Below are positions 30,276-40,597 of a DNA stretch of 64,000 nucleotides, in pieces (positions within the stretch are counted from its first letter, which is position 1; each line of letters opens with the position of its first letter). This DNA comes from Candidatus Daviesbacteria bacterium (GTDB lineage Bacteria > Patescibacteriota > Microgenomatia > Daviesbacterales > UBA10151). Made by a program: the position numbers and the translations under genes. The stretch covers positions 7,680 to 71,679 of the forward strand of contig JACOXD010000008.1 in assembly GCA_016176465.1 (NCBI GenBank), in the 5' to 3' direction. The notes below the pieces were generated by a model. The model searched no databases. It was not told the origin of the DNA and saw only the letters and a program-made list of their open reading frames with translations.

Positions 30276-31613
30276 ATGGATGATAACAAGCAAGATTTAA
30301 TGGAAAAAATTGTAGCTTTATGTAAGAGAAGGGGATTTATTTATCCTGGATCTGAAATTTATGGTGGTTTAGCAAATTCTTGGGACTATGGACCTTTAGG
30401 AGTGGAACTAAAAAATAATATTAAAAACCTTTGGTGGAAAAAGTTTGTACAAGGCAGAGATGATATTGTTGGAATTGATGCTTCTTTAATAATGAATCCA
30501 AAAGTTTGGGAAGCGAGTGGACATCTAGAAAATTTTACTGACCCTTTGGTTGAGTGTAAAGTTTGTCATCAACGTTTCAGGGCTGATGAGATAGAAGATG
30601 CTTGCCCGAATTGCGGAGAGAAAAATTCTTTTACAGAGACGAAGGTTTTTAATTTGATGTTCAAAACTTTCGTTGGTCCTGCCCAAGAAACTTCAAATGT
30701 TGCTTATTTTAGACCAGAAACAGCTCAGGCTATGTTTGTGGATTTTAAAAATGTGATTGATTCAACTAGAGTTAGACTTCCCTTTGGGATTGCTCAAATT
30801 GGAAAAGCTTTTAGAAATGAAATAACCCCAGGGAATTTTATTTTTAGGACTAGAGAGTTTGAGCTGATGGAAATTGAATATTTTATAAGAGTTCCAAAAT
30901 CAGATAAGGAATGGCAAAAAGAGTTTGAAAAATGGAAAGAAATGATGTGGAGTTGGATTGTGAATGATCTGGGAATTGATAAAACTAAAGTTCATGAACT
31001 AGAAGTGCCGGATGCAGAGCGTGCCCATTATTCCAAACGCACCATAGATTTTGAATATGATTTTCCTTTTGGTAGAAAAGAACTTTATGGGTTAGCATAT
31101 AGAACTGATTTTGACTTAAAGAATCATCAAGAATTCAGTGGCCAAAATCTAAAGTATAGAGATCCAGAGGCAGGTGAGGAGTTTTGGCCGCATGTAATAG
31201 AACCAGCGTTGGGGGTAGAGAGATCAGTTCTGGTTGTACTGGTCGATTCATATCGAGAAGATGAAGGAAGGGTGTATCTTAAACTTCCGGCCAAATTGGC
31301 TCCCTATAAAGCCGCTATATTTCCACTTTTAGGCAATAAACCAGAACTAATTGAGGTTGCTAGAAAAATTTATCTGGATTTAAGAAAAGAATTTATGGTA
31401 GCCTGGGATGACAGGGGAAATATAGGAAAGCGTTATGCAAGCCAGGATGAAATAGGAACACCCTACTGCATAACTGTTGATTTTGATTCACTAGAAGATG
31501 GCGCAGTAACTGTTAGGGATAGAGATAGCACTAAACAAGAAAGAGTTAAAATCCAAGAATTGAAAAATTACTTACTATCTTTTATAAATACTGAAAAATG
31601 TTTTACTTCGTAA
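30276..31613 (+). CDS. glyQS: Glycine-tRNA ligase, alpha2 type
   Basis: EIYGG, RPETAQ, FRNEITP, HVIEP, IGKRY. Confidence 0.96.
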   Translation: MDDNKQDLMEKIVALCKRRGFIYPGSEIYGGLANSWDYGPLGVELKNNIKNLWWKKFVQGRDDIVGIDASLIMNPKVWEASGHLENFTDPLVECKVCHQRFRADEIEDACPNCGEKNSFTETKVFNLMFKTFVGPAQETSNVAYFRPETAQAMFVDFKNVIDSTRVRLPFGIAQIGKAFRNEITPGNFIFRTREFELMEIEYFIRVPKSDKEWQKEFEKWKEMMWSWIVNDLGIDKTKVHELEVPDAERAHYSKRTIDFEYDFPFGRKELYGLAYRTDFDLKNHQEFSGQNLKYRDPEAGEEFWPHVIEPALGVERSVLVVLVDSYREDEGRVYLKLPAKLAPYKAAIFPLLGNKPELIEVARKIYLDLRKEFMVAWDDRGNIGKRYASQDEIGTPYCITVDFDSLEDGAVTVRDRDSTKQERVKIQELKNYLLSFINTEKCFTS

Positions 31614-32466
31614 TAAAATTACTCTTGCATTAGTTTTAGCAATCCTACTTATTTTAAGTGGGGGAGTAGCTGCTTATTTTAAGTTTTTTTACAAAGAAGT
31701 CCCTGAGATAATCCAAGAAGTTCCTTTAACTTTTAACCCAGAAGGTGTGTATGCTATTTTAACTCCTCGTAAGGATGGAGTGGCAATTGATCTATCAGCG
31801 AGGCGGATTTCCCAATATAACGCTATCTCTTATAATTTACCTTACTTTGATAAAGGAGGAATTCAAAGAGCTGCAGGTGATTTGGAAACTTGGATAGAAA
31901 TTAAAAAAGGACAGAGTGAATTTAAACAGGAAAATTTACTGGGTAGCTGCTCTCAAGGATTTACCTCAGGTAAAGCACACTGTGTGTTTGATGAAAATGT
32001 AGAAAATGGAACTTTAGTGGTTAGATTTAAAGAGCCAAAAAATAAAGAAAATATTGCTAAAGTTTATAAATATACTACTTTATGGCATCTGCAAGCACCT
32101 GATGTGGCTTTGGGAAAAATAACATCAAATGATGAGAGGTTTATGTATGAGACAGATGTACCAAGAACTGATCTTGTTAATATTGCCTATACTTTAGTTC
32201 ATGAAATCTCAGCAGCTCCTAAATTACCTGAAGGGAAAAAAGTGGTTGGAAAAGTTTATAACTTTGCAATTCCTATTGCCAAAAAATTCCCTGCGGGTGA
32301 TATAACTATTAGTTTGACTGATGATCCTCCTCCTTTAGTAAATATTGCCTTATTTATGGAGGCAAAAAATAATTGGGAGTTACTAGATACAACTGTAAAT
32401 GGTAAAAAACTGACTGCTAAAGCTCCTCAGTCTGGTATATTTAGTGTTTTATCGGATGATAAATAA
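31591..32466 (+). CDS. Membrane-anchored hypothetical protein, probable CTG start
   Basis: Frame is open 52 codons upstream of GTG 31747 and encodes a signal anchor. Confidence 0.6.
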   Translation: MKNVLLRNKITLALVLAILLILSGGVAAYFKFFYKEVPEIIQEVPLTFNPEGVYAILTPRKDGVAIDLSARRISQYNAISYNLPYFDKGGIQRAAGDLETWIEIKKGQSEFKQENLLGSCSQGFTSGKAHCVFDENVENGTLVVRFKEPKNKENIAKVYKYTTLWHLQAPDVALGKITSNDERFMYETDVPRTDLVNIAYTLVHEISAAPKLPEGKKVVGKVYNFAIPIAKKFPAGDITISLTDDPPPLVNIALFMEAKNNWELLDTTVNGKKLTAKAPQSGIFSVLSDDK

Positions 32467-32595
32467 TCCCTTTTTAAGATTTTCTTGTATTTATTGATCT
32501 AATTTGATACATTAATAGGATATCTTGGCTGTAAAAACCTAACTGCACTACGTAGAAATTTATTTTCAAGTTCCACACAAAAGTAAAAATAACTC

Positions 32596-32636
32596 TTGAC
32601 AAGCATTTTCAATTGGCTGAAAATGGATATAGATGG
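32596..32636 (+). promoter_or_regulatory. mraZ promoter with putative MraZ boxes
   Basis: TTGACA at 32596; TGG at 32614, 32624, 32634 (10-nt period). Confidence 0.6.
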
Positions 32637-32654
32637 TAAATCTGCCCAGAAAAG

Positions 32655-33050
32655 ATGTTTTTGGGCACTTATAAATTATATTTTAGTGGAAAGAACAGGT
32701 TGATTTTGCCTAAAAAATTCAGACAAGAATTAGGTAATGAGAGTGTAATCTATATTGTTTTGGGTCAAGATGGTGAATTATGGGGATTTAATTCAAATCA
32801 ATGGCTAAAAGAGGCTGAGGAAAGGTTGAAAATACGGCTTGGAAAACATTTAGGACGGGTCCAAAGAAGGGAATTCTTTCCACAAGCGCTTCAATGCAAC
32901 TTAGATTCCCAGGGAAGATTTATCCTACCCCAGGAATTTATAGACTATGCAACTTTAAATAATGGAATAGTTTTGGTGGGAGCAGGGGATCATTTCGAAA
33001 TTTGGAACGAAGGAAACTGGCAAAAAATGAAAAGGATTTTAAAAATATGA
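32655..33050 (+). CDS. mraZ: MraZ
   Basis: MFLGTY, RLILPKKFR, LDSQGRFILP, GAGDHFEIW. Confidence 0.9.
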   Translation: MFLGTYKLYFSGKNRLILPKKFRQELGNESVIYIVLGQDGELWGFNSNQWLKEAEERLKIRLGKHLGRVQRREFFPQALQCNLDSQGRFILPQEFIDYATLNNGIVLVGAGDHFEIWNEGNWQKMKRILKI

Positions 33051-33358
33051 ACCTTTTATATAAATTTAGAAGTTACCCTTTCCTTAGTAGGAAAATAATT
33101 TTATCTTTAATAGTGGTTACAATTGTAGCAGCCTTAATCCAAATCTGGGTGGTAAACAGATTATCAACTTATGGCGAGCAAATAATCTCTTTAGAAAAAT
33201 CTGCCAATGTTTTGGAGCTGGAAAATAAAGTTTTAAGAAATAAGCTAGATAAAGCCTCATCACTAAAGGAAATTAACATTCTTGCCAGAAATTTAGGGTT
33301 TGAGAGCATCAAAAAGATAGAATATCTTCAAGATATAGGCATTGCCTTAAACAAATAA
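33047..33358 (+). CDS. ftsL: FtsL-like protein
   Basis: TM plus coiled coil, between mraZ and PBP. Confidence 0.65.
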   Translation: MNLLYKFRSYPFLSRKIILSLIVVTIVAALIQIWVVNRLSTYGEQIISLEKSANVLELENKVLRNKLDKASSLKEINILARNLGFESIKKIEYLQDIGIALNK

Positions 33359-33390
33359 CTTCGATCAAGATATAATTTAGTTGCCTCCTT

Positions 33391-35121
33391 ATGTTGAGAA
33401 TTAAAATTATCAAATACTTTTATTTTTTATTTATCCTGCTAATAATTTTAAGGTTGGGCTATTGGCAAATTATTAGGGCGGATTATTTAACTGCCAAAGG
33501 TGAAAACCAAAGGTTAAATGAAAGAGAAGTATTAGCCTCAAGGGGTTCAATTTTATTTTCCGATCAGTCCACTCTTGCCTCTTCCCAGCCGATGTTTTTA
33601 ATTTATGCCCAACCTAAAGTAGTAAAAGATAAAGAAGGAGCATCAAGCAAACTAGCTGGAGTAATTTTTGATTTAAAATTTAAAGATGAAACTTTGGATG
33701 AAGAGAGTAAATTTAAGGAGCTGGATAAATTAAAAAAAGATTTTCTGGATAAGCTTTCTAAAGATTTGTATTGGGTTAGTTTAGGATACAAAGTTGATGT
33801 TTATATTAAAGATCAGGTTGAAAAGTTTAATATTGAGGGAATTGGTTTTGAAGAATCCTCAGCAAGGTTTTATCCTGAAGGTTCCTCATCTGCACATCTT
33901 CTAGGCTTTGTAGGATCAGATATTTATGGCAGTGACACCGGCTATTTTGGGTTAGAGGGTTATTATAATGGGGAGTTAAAGGGCAAAAGCGGCCTTTTTA
34001 GGACTGAGCGAGATGCTCTGGGATTACCTATTTTAATTGGAAACTTTTTATCCAGGGAACCGAAGGTAGGTAAAACATTATCTTTAAATATAAACAGGAC
34101 AATCCAATTTATTGTTGAGGAAAAACTAAAAAAAGGAGTAGAAAAATATGGGGCCAAAGGTGCATCAGCAATTGTAATGGATCCTAAAACAGGCAATATT
34201 TTAGCAATGGCTTCACTGCCTAGTTACGATCCACAAAATCCATCAGGTTATCCTAGAGAATTTTTTAAAAATCCACCTATAGCTGATAGTTATGAACCTG
34301 GCTCTACCTTTAAAGTTTTAGTAATGGCAGCAGCAATTAACGAGAAAGTAATAAAAGAGGATACTAAATGTGATAACTGCGGCGGTCCAATCCGCTTGGG
34401 AGGATTTGATATAAGAACCTGGAATAATAAATATACTGATGGGATTAATATGACTGAGACCATAATTCATTCAAACAATATTGGGATGGTCTTTGTCTCC
34501 AAAAAATTAGGGAAGGAAAAACTTCTATCCTACATTGAAAGATTTGGGTTTGGCAAATCAACAAATGTAGACTTACAAGATGAGGACTCTCCATCGCTTC
34601 GCTCTAAGAGTGAGTGGAAAGAGATAGACGTAGCAACTGCTTCCTTTGGACAAGGAATTGCTGTTTCTGCTTTGCAAATGGTTAAAGCAGTTGGAGTAAT
34701 TGCTAATGGGGGGAAATTAATGGAGCCGCATGTTGTAAAAGCAATCACTGATGAGGGTAAAAGTATTGATATTAAACCTAAAGAGTTGGGAAAGCCAATA
34801 ACTAAAGAAACAGCTAAAGTCATAACCAATATGATGGTTAGAGCAGTTAATGAAGGTGAGGCTAAATTTGTCAAGCCGGATGGGTACAAAATAGCCGGTA
34901 AAACAGGAACTGCTCAAATTCCGGTATCAGGTCACTACGATCCAAATAAAACGATTGCTTCTTTTATTGGATTTGCACCCGCAGATGATCCTAAATTTAT
35001 TATGCTAGTTAGATACACTGAACCTTCTTCATCTGTTTTTGGTTCAGAAACAGCTGCTCCTACTTTTTTTGATATTGCTAAAGAACTATTTCTCTACTAT
35101 GGCATCCCCCCCCATGAATAG
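33391..35121 (+). CDS. ftsI: Class B PBP (FtsI/PBP2 family)
   Basis: EPGSTFK, SNN, KTGT. Confidence 0.88.
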   Translation: MLRIKIIKYFYFLFILLIILRLGYWQIIRADYLTAKGENQRLNEREVLASRGSILFSDQSTLASSQPMFLIYAQPKVVKDKEGASSKLAGVIFDLKFKDETLDEESKFKELDKLKKDFLDKLSKDLYWVSLGYKVDVYIKDQVEKFNIEGIGFEESSARFYPEGSSSAHLLGFVGSDIYGSDTGYFGLEGYYNGELKGKSGLFRTERDALGLPILIGNFLSREPKVGKTLSLNINRTIQFIVEEKLKKGVEKYGAKGASAIVMDPKTGNILAMASLPSYDPQNPSGYPREFFKNPPIADSYEPGSTFKVLVMAAAINEKVIKEDTKCDNCGGPIRLGGFDIRTWNNKYTDGINMTETIIHSNNIGMVFVSKKLGKEKLLSYIERFGFGKSTNVDLQDEDSPSLRSKSEWKEIDVATASFGQGIAVSALQMVKAVGVIANGGKLMEPHVVKAITDEGKSIDIKPKELGKPITKETAKVITNMMVRAVNEGEAKFVKPDGYKIAGKTGTAQIPVSGHYDPNKTIASFIGFAPADDPKFIMLVRYTEPSSSVFGSETAAPTFFDIAKELFLYYGIPPHE

Positions 35122-35130
35122 CTTTCCAGC

Positions 35131-35182
35131 CTTCCAATCCCGGTTTGTAAACCTACTTCCAATCCGGGATTGTAGGTTCATA
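35131..35182. repeat. REP-like family R1, two palindromes
   Basis: CAATCCCGGTTTG and CAATCCGGGATTG-TAGGTTCA. Confidence 0.8.
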
Positions 35183-35203
35183 TCCCTTGAAATTAAAATA
35201 ATT

Positions 35204-35248
35204 CCTTAGGTGTCTAGCTAACCCACACCGGGTGTGGGAGGGGGTTAA
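35204..35248. repeat. REP-like family R3, reverse orientation, diverged
   Basis: Reverse complement TAACCCCCTCCCACACCCGGTGTGGGTTAGCTAGACACCTAAGG. Confidence 0.65.
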
Positions 35249-35328
35249 ACCTACCCTATAGTCAAAGGTCTGAAAATTAAATAAGCTTACTTTAGTTTAG
35301 AGCTTCTACAAGCTATAATAAGCTCAAA

Positions 35329-36537
35329 ATGAAAAGATTGCTAAGAAAATTCTTATCTCAAAAAATTATTAATATTTTTTGGCACCTACCAATGGCTTTT
35401 TTAGCAAATTTAAAGTATGGATTTCCATCCCGCAAGTTAAAAGTGATTGGTGTAACTGGAACTGATGGCAAAACCACTACTTCTAATATGATTTATCAAA
35501 TTTTAAAGATGGATGGGAAAAAAGTTTCACTAATATCAACAATTAATGCCATTATTGGAAACAAAAAATATGAAACCGGATTTCACACTACCAGCCCCAG
35601 TTCATTTGCCGTTCAAAAATTTCTAAAGGAAGGAGTAGAGATGAGAAGTGAATATATGGTATTGGAAGTTACCTCTCATGCCCTAGATCAATATCGTTTT
35701 TGGGGGATTAACTTTTTAGTGGGTGTTATTACAAATATTACTCATGAACATCTAGATTATCATAAGAGTTTTGAAAATTACCTAAATTCAAAAGCCAAGC
35801 TTATTAAAAACACCAAGTTTGCAATTTTAAATCACGATGAAGATCACTTTGAAAGGTTATCTAAGTTAACAAAGGGTAAAGTTATTTCATTTGGGAGTAG
35901 CAAAAATTCCGACTTTAATCCTATTAAATTTGCGCTATATTTAAAAGTCCCTGGAGAATTTAACTACTTAAATGCTCTTGGCGCATCTGCAGTAGCTCAT
36001 AATTTAGGAGTTAGTTCCTCAAATATTAAGAAAGCCTTAGCAAATTTCTTATCATTGAAAGGAAGGATGGAAGAGATAAAAAATGATTTGGGAATTAAAA
36101 TTGTAGTTGATTTTGCTCATACCCCAAATGGTTTGGAACAAGTTTTAAAGACTTTAAGAAAAAAAACCAAAGGAAAACTGATTAGTGTTTTTGGTAGTGC
36201 CAGCGAAAGGGATTTTAAAAAACGTCCTATTATGGGTGAAATCTCAGGGCGTTTGGCCGATATTACAGTTTTAACAACTGAAGATCCAAGAAGGGAAGAT
36301 CCTCAAAAGATTATGGATGAAATTGCATCAGGTGTGGAAGATGCAAAAATGGGAGAAACTCTGTTTGAAGAAACGGATAGGCAAAAAGCAATTGAACTTG
36401 CTCTAAGCTTAGCAAAAAGAGGTGACACCATTGGAATTTTTGGCAAGGGGCATGAGTTATCAATGAATATAGGAGGGGTAGAATTACCCTGGTCGGATCA
36501 AAAAGCTGTTTTAAATGCAATTAAAGATAATGGATGA
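35329..36537 (+). CDS. murE: MurE ligase
   Basis: GVTGTDGKTTT, LEVTSH, DFAHTP, EDPR, GKGHE. Confidence 0.9.
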   Translation: MKRLLRKFLSQKIINIFWHLPMAFLANLKYGFPSRKLKVIGVTGTDGKTTTSNMIYQILKMDGKKVSLISTINAIIGNKKYETGFHTTSPSSFAVQKFLKEGVEMRSEYMVLEVTSHALDQYRFWGINFLVGVITNITHEHLDYHKSFENYLNSKAKLIKNTKFAILNHDEDHFERLSKLTKGKVISFGSSKNSDFNPIKFALYLKVPGEFNYLNALGASAVAHNLGVSSSNIKKALANFLSLKGRMEEIKNDLGIKIVVDFAHTPNGLEQVLKTLRKKTKGKLISVFGSASERDFKKRPIMGEISGRLADITVLTTEDPRREDPQKIMDEIASGVEDAKMGETLFEETDRQKAIELALSLAKRGDTIGIFGKGHELSMNIGGVELPWSDQKAVLNAIKDNG

Positions 36538-37114
36538 AAAAATTAAGCTTTTAAGAGCTAGTTTTGGAGAGGAAAGAGTAAAAATTAACGAAGATTTAAG
36601 TAATCATACCTACTTTGGGCAAGGTGGAATCGCTTTTGGGTTCTATATAGCAACTTCAACTCGTGAACTTACTAATATATTAGATTTAGCAATCCAACTT
36701 AAAATTCCTTTCTTTGTCTTTGGATCAGGGACAAAACTGGTTGTTTCAAGTAGAGGATTTAAAGGATTGGCAATTAAAAACAGAAGCGCTTATATAAAAG
36801 TAGCAGCTGTTAAAGGTAAAGTGACAACTTCTGGAATTGGAGTTGAAGAGGCGTTAGTTGAAGCTAATTCAGGAGTCAGTATAAAAAAACTTAATGATTT
36901 TTTAAAGATGCAGGGTTTAACGGCATTTATTGGAGAAAGTTCAATACAAGCAACGATCGGGGGCGCGATTTTTGTGGATTCAAGCTTGCGTGATATTACT
37001 CAAAAAGTTAAAGTTTGGGATGATACACAACTTTTAGATATTGACATTTCTAAACTTAAAATTTCTACACATGTTGTTTTATCAGTAACATTAAAAATTA
37101 AAGCAAAGAGTTAA
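36530..37114 (+). CDS. murB: Truncated MurB-like protein (FAD-binding part only)
   Basis: LSNHT, FGSGTKL, ATIGGAI; about 194 aa. Confidence 0.65.
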   Translation: MDEKIKLLRASFGEERVKINEDLSNHTYFGQGGIAFGFYIATSTRELTNILDLAIQLKIPFFVFGSGTKLVVSSRGFKGLAIKNRSAYIKVAAVKGKVTTSGIGVEEALVEANSGVSIKKLNDFLKMQGLTAFIGESSIQATIGGAIFVDSSLRDITQKVKVWDDTQLLDIDISKLKISTHVVLSVTLKIKAKS

Positions 37115-37129
37115 TAGTATAATGAGGTT

Positions 37130-38326
37130 ATGATAGACATAGGTAGACACCCAATTTGGAAGGGAAGCCCCATTTGGGGACAAATTACTCCCATAAAAAA
37201 AAGAGGACACCTGCTTAGAATTTTTTTAGCCAAACAATATACTAAATTATTGCCTAAAGATCTTTTTGTGGGGGTAACTGGGACAGTTGGAAAAACAACT
37301 ACAGTAGCTGCATCTTTGGCTGTTTTATCGGAAAAGTTCAAGGCTATTTCTACATCTTCTGATTTAGATCCGGTTTTAAATATTCCTATTACAATTTTGA
37401 AAATAAGACCCAATATTAAAAAAGTAATTTTAGAAATGGGAATTGAATACCCACAAGATATGGATTTTTATTTAAGTTTAGTTCATCCATCAATTGGAAT
37501 TATTACTGGTGTTAGCTTGCAACATAGCGAATTTTTAGGAGGGGTAGAAGAGATTGCAAAGGAAAAAGCTTTGCTTATTGAACAGCTTCCAATCAAAGGT
37601 TTTGCTATTTTAAATTATGATGATCCTATTGTAAGAAAAATGGCAGATAAAACTAAAGCTCAAGTGATTTTTTTTGGATCGGATCCTAAAAATTGTCACA
37701 TTTGGGCAGGAAACATAAAGATAGAAAATTTCCAAACTGTTTTTGAGCTAAATTATGGAGTGGAGCGAATCCAAATTCACTCCAAGCTTTTAGGGATTCA
37801 TCAAATTTATCCACTTTTAGCAGCAGCGGCTTTAGGAATTTCTCAAGAGATACAACTAACATCTATTAAAAGGGCTTTAGAAAAAATAGAATCTCCTACT
37901 CATAGGATGCAAATACATAGTGGGTACAATGGATCACTTATTATTGATGATACCTATAACGCTGCTCCCATCTCTGTTGAGGAAGCTATTAATACCTTAA
38001 ATATTTTACCTGCCAGAAGGAGAGTTGTAATTTTAGGGGAGATGAGAGAACTGGGGCAATACTCTGAAAAAATGCATCGATCAATAGCTCAAAAGATTTA
38101 CAATGATAAGATTGACTTAGTTTTTCTATTAGGTGGAGATACCAAATATATTCAGGATGAGTTACAAAAGCAAGGATTTATTCCAGAGCGGTTGCAAACT
38201 TTTGTCAATAATTCCCAAATAGTAAACCAAGTTCTAAAGATGTTGGCAAAAGGTGATGTAGTATTAGTCAAAGGCGCCAGAGCCAATAAGCTTGATGAAG
38301 TAGTAAGCAGAATTTCAAAGAAATGA
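37130..38326 (+). CDS. murF: MurF ligase
   Basis: GVTGTVGKTTT, LEMG, DDTYNA, LGEMRELG, VKGAR. Confidence 0.9.
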   Translation: MIDIGRHPIWKGSPIWGQITPIKKRGHLLRIFLAKQYTKLLPKDLFVGVTGTVGKTTTVAASLAVLSEKFKAISTSSDLDPVLNIPITILKIRPNIKKVILEMGIEYPQDMDFYLSLVHPSIGIITGVSLQHSEFLGGVEEIAKEKALLIEQLPIKGFAILNYDDPIVRKMADKTKAQVIFFGSDPKNCHIWAGNIKIENFQTVFELNYGVERIQIHSKLLGIHQIYPLLAAAALGISQEIQLTSIKRALEKIESPTHRMQIHSGYNGSLIIDDTYNAAPISVEEAINTLNILPARRRVVILGEMRELGQYSEKMHRSIAQKIYNDKIDLVFLLGGDTKYIQDELQKQGFIPERLQTFVNNSQIVNQVLKMLAKGDVVLVKGARANKLDEVVSRISKK

Positions 38327-39327
38327 TTCAACTTTTAGGACTTGTCTTAATCTCATTTTTAATAACCAGTTTATCTTTAGTTCCATTTATAGACTTTCTT
38401 TACTTTTTAAGGAGAAAGTATCAAAAAAGTGTCGCGGTCGATTTAAACACTCCACTTCACAACAAACTTCTACAAGGAAAGGATCTTGCCACCCCTGTTG
38501 GTGGGGGTTTACTTTTAATCCCCCTAATTATTTTAATGAGTTTATTTTTTGTTTTATGGACAGATTACAGCTTAAATAGCCAACTATATCTTTTATTTTT
38601 TACCTTAATTTCTTTTGGACTGATTGGTCTCCTAGATGATTCACATAAAATATTCAAGCATTTTAGCGGCAAGTATGCGGGGCTTCGGGCACGCTATATT
38701 TTTTTACTCCAACTAATTTTTGCAACTGTAATAGCTTTTATTTTATACTTCCATCTTGGTTTTAATAATCTTTTTATTCCTTTTTTTGGAAATATAGTTT
38801 TAGGTTATTTATATATTCCACTTGCTTTAATCCCTATTGTCTCTTTTGCCAATGCTTTTAATATTTCAGATGGGTTGGATGGTTTATCTTCAGGACTTCT
38901 TTTAATTTGTTTGTTTGCATTTTTAGTTTTAGCAAGTGCAGTTTTTAATCAGACTTTAAGTATTTTTGTAGGAATTTGGATAGGAGCTTTAATTGCTTAT
39001 CTTTACTTCAATGTTTTTCCAGCCAGAGTTTATTTAGGGGACGGTGGAGCATATGGATTTGGAGCCACCTTGGCTGTTGTAGGATTACTTACGGGGAAAA
39101 TTATTGGTTTAGGTGTAATTGGTGGAGTGTTTATTATCATTGTTGCCTCATCTTTTTTACAAATTGTTTCCAAAAGATATTTTAAAAGAAAACTCTTTCC
39201 GATTGCCCCGGTCCATATGTATTTTAAATATGCCGGGTGGGAAGAACCAAAAATTGTGATGAGGTTTTGGCTAGCTGGAGTGATTTTTGCTATCTTAGGA
39301 CTTTGGCTGGCTCTTCTTTCAAACTAA
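38323..39327 (+). CDS. mraY: MraY
   Basis: TPVGGG, DD, NISDGLDG, LGDGG, APVH. Confidence 0.92.
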   Translation: MIQLLGLVLISFLITSLSLVPFIDFLYFLRRKYQKSVAVDLNTPLHNKLLQGKDLATPVGGGLLLIPLIILMSLFFVLWTDYSLNSQLYLLFFTLISFGLIGLLDDSHKIFKHFSGKYAGLRARYIFLLQLIFATVIAFILYFHLGFNNLFIPFFGNIVLGYLYIPLALIPIVSFANAFNISDGLDGLSSGLLLICLFAFLVLASAVFNQTLSIFVGIWIGALIAYLYFNVFPARVYLGDGGAYGFGATLAVVGLLTGKIIGLGVIGGVFIIIVASSFLQIVSKRYFKRKLFPIAPVHMYFKYAGWEEPKIVMRFWLAGVIFAILGLWLALLSN

Positions 39328-39334
39328 ATTTGTA

Positions 39335-40501
39335 ATGAAATCTGCCAAGGTTAAAATTTATTCGAAGAAAAGCTCTGCTTATCTGAAAGAAAGCTCTGCT
39401 TATTCTAAAAAAAACTACAAAATTTTTAAGCATTTTAGTGGATTAGATTACTCAATCGTTGTACCGCTTTTTTTACTGGTAGGGTTTGGTTTAATCATGG
39501 TTTATGATGCCTCTGTTGTTCAAGCTTACAAGGATTTTGGAGATAAATATTATTATATTAAACAACAGCTTTTGTGGGCATTGCTTGGTTTTTCGGGTTT
39601 AGTTTTTTGCAGTATTTTTCCTTATCAAAATTATAAGAAAGTTGCACTGCCACTGTTTATCTTTTCTTTTTTATTACTGATTTTAGTTTTGATTCCGGGT
39701 TTGGGAATTGCTGCAGGGGGGGCGCATCGGTGGTTAAAATTAGGTCCCATCACTGTTCAACCAGCAGAAATAATTAAACTCTCCATGATTGTTTTTTTGG
39801 CCGCGTTGTTTGAGAAAAGAGTAAGAACAGTCCCCTTTATACTTTCTCTGATTGCTGTTAGTTTAATCCTGGGGGTATTTCAGCGGGATTTAGGATCAAC
39901 TATAGTTTTTTTTGTAATCGCTTTAGCAATCTATGTAGCATCCGGTGCTTCTTTAATGTATTTTCTTTTTTTAGCTCCTTTTGCTCTAGCGGGTTTAGTA
40001 TACTTTATTTTATCTTCTCACTATAGAAGGCAGCGAGTAATTGCTTTCTTAGACCCATTTTATGATCCCCAAGGATATTCTTATCACATCTCTCAAATAT
40101 TAATTGCTTTAGGTTCAGGTTCTTTGTTTGGGTTGGGCCTTGGTCAATCCAGACAAAAATTTGAATATATTCCAGAGGTAACAACAGACTCTATTTTTGC
40201 CATAGTCGGGGAGGAATTTGGATTTTTAGGTGCCCTAGTTTTAATTTTAATTTTTTGCTATTTAATTTATCGGGCTTTCAAAATATCGGAAAATATTGAA
40301 GACCGCTTTGGAAAACTTTTAGCATTTGGTTTAACTTGCTGGCTTGGGGTTCAGTTGGCAATTAACTTAGCAGCAATGGTTTCATTAATTCCTCTAACTG
40401 GAGTTCCACTCCCTTTTATCTCCTATGGGGGGTCAGCCCTTTTAACAAACCTGGTAGCAGTAGGTATACTTTTAAATATCTCCAGATCCTCTAAAGCTTA
40501 A
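39335..40501 (+). CDS. ftsW: FtsW with 14-aa N-terminal mini-element insertion
   Basis: RW, QPAE, DLG, TDSIF, TGVPLPFISYGGS. Confidence 0.92.
   Translation: MKSAKVKIYSKKSSAYLKESSAYSKKNYKIFKHFSGLDYSIVVPLFLLVGFGLIMVYDASVVQAYKDFGDKYYYIKQQLLWALLGFSGLVFCSIFPYQNYKKVALPLFIFSFLLLILVLIPGLGIAAGGAHRWLKLGPITVQPAEIIKLSMIVFLAALFEKRVRTVPFILSLIAVSLILGVFQRDLGSTIVFFVIALAIYVASGASLMYFLFLAPFALAGLVYFILSSHYRRQRVIAFLDPFYDPQGYSYHISQILIALGSGSLFGLGLGQSRQKFEYIPEVTTDSIFAIVGEEFGFLGALVLILIFCYLIYRAFKISENIEDRFGKLLAFGLTCWLGVQLAINLAAMVSLIPLTGVPLPFISYGGSALLTNLVAVGILLNISRSSKA
39358..39402 (-). mobile_element. Double-hairpin mini-element dimer (2 x 21 nt), in frame
   Basis: Reverse complement TAA-GCAGAGCTT-TCTTTCAGA-TAA-GCAGAGCTT-TTCTTCGAA-TAA. 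Confidence 0.8.
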
Positions 40502-40513
40502 CATTTAATTAGT

Positions 40514-40547
40514 ATCCGCAGGTTACCGCTCAATCAACCCCGGGGGT
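40514..40547. repeat. REP-like family R2
   Basis: Identical to 23743..23776. Confidence 0.85.
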
Positions 40548-40597
40548 TTCCGTATTTCCATATCTCCAAATATACACACAAGGTATAATAAATTTTA

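Noticed and set aside
37553-37578. AAGCTTTGCTTAT in murF matches mini-element hairpin A
   Set aside because: No hairpin B or TTTA; encodes the conserved IAKEKALL segment
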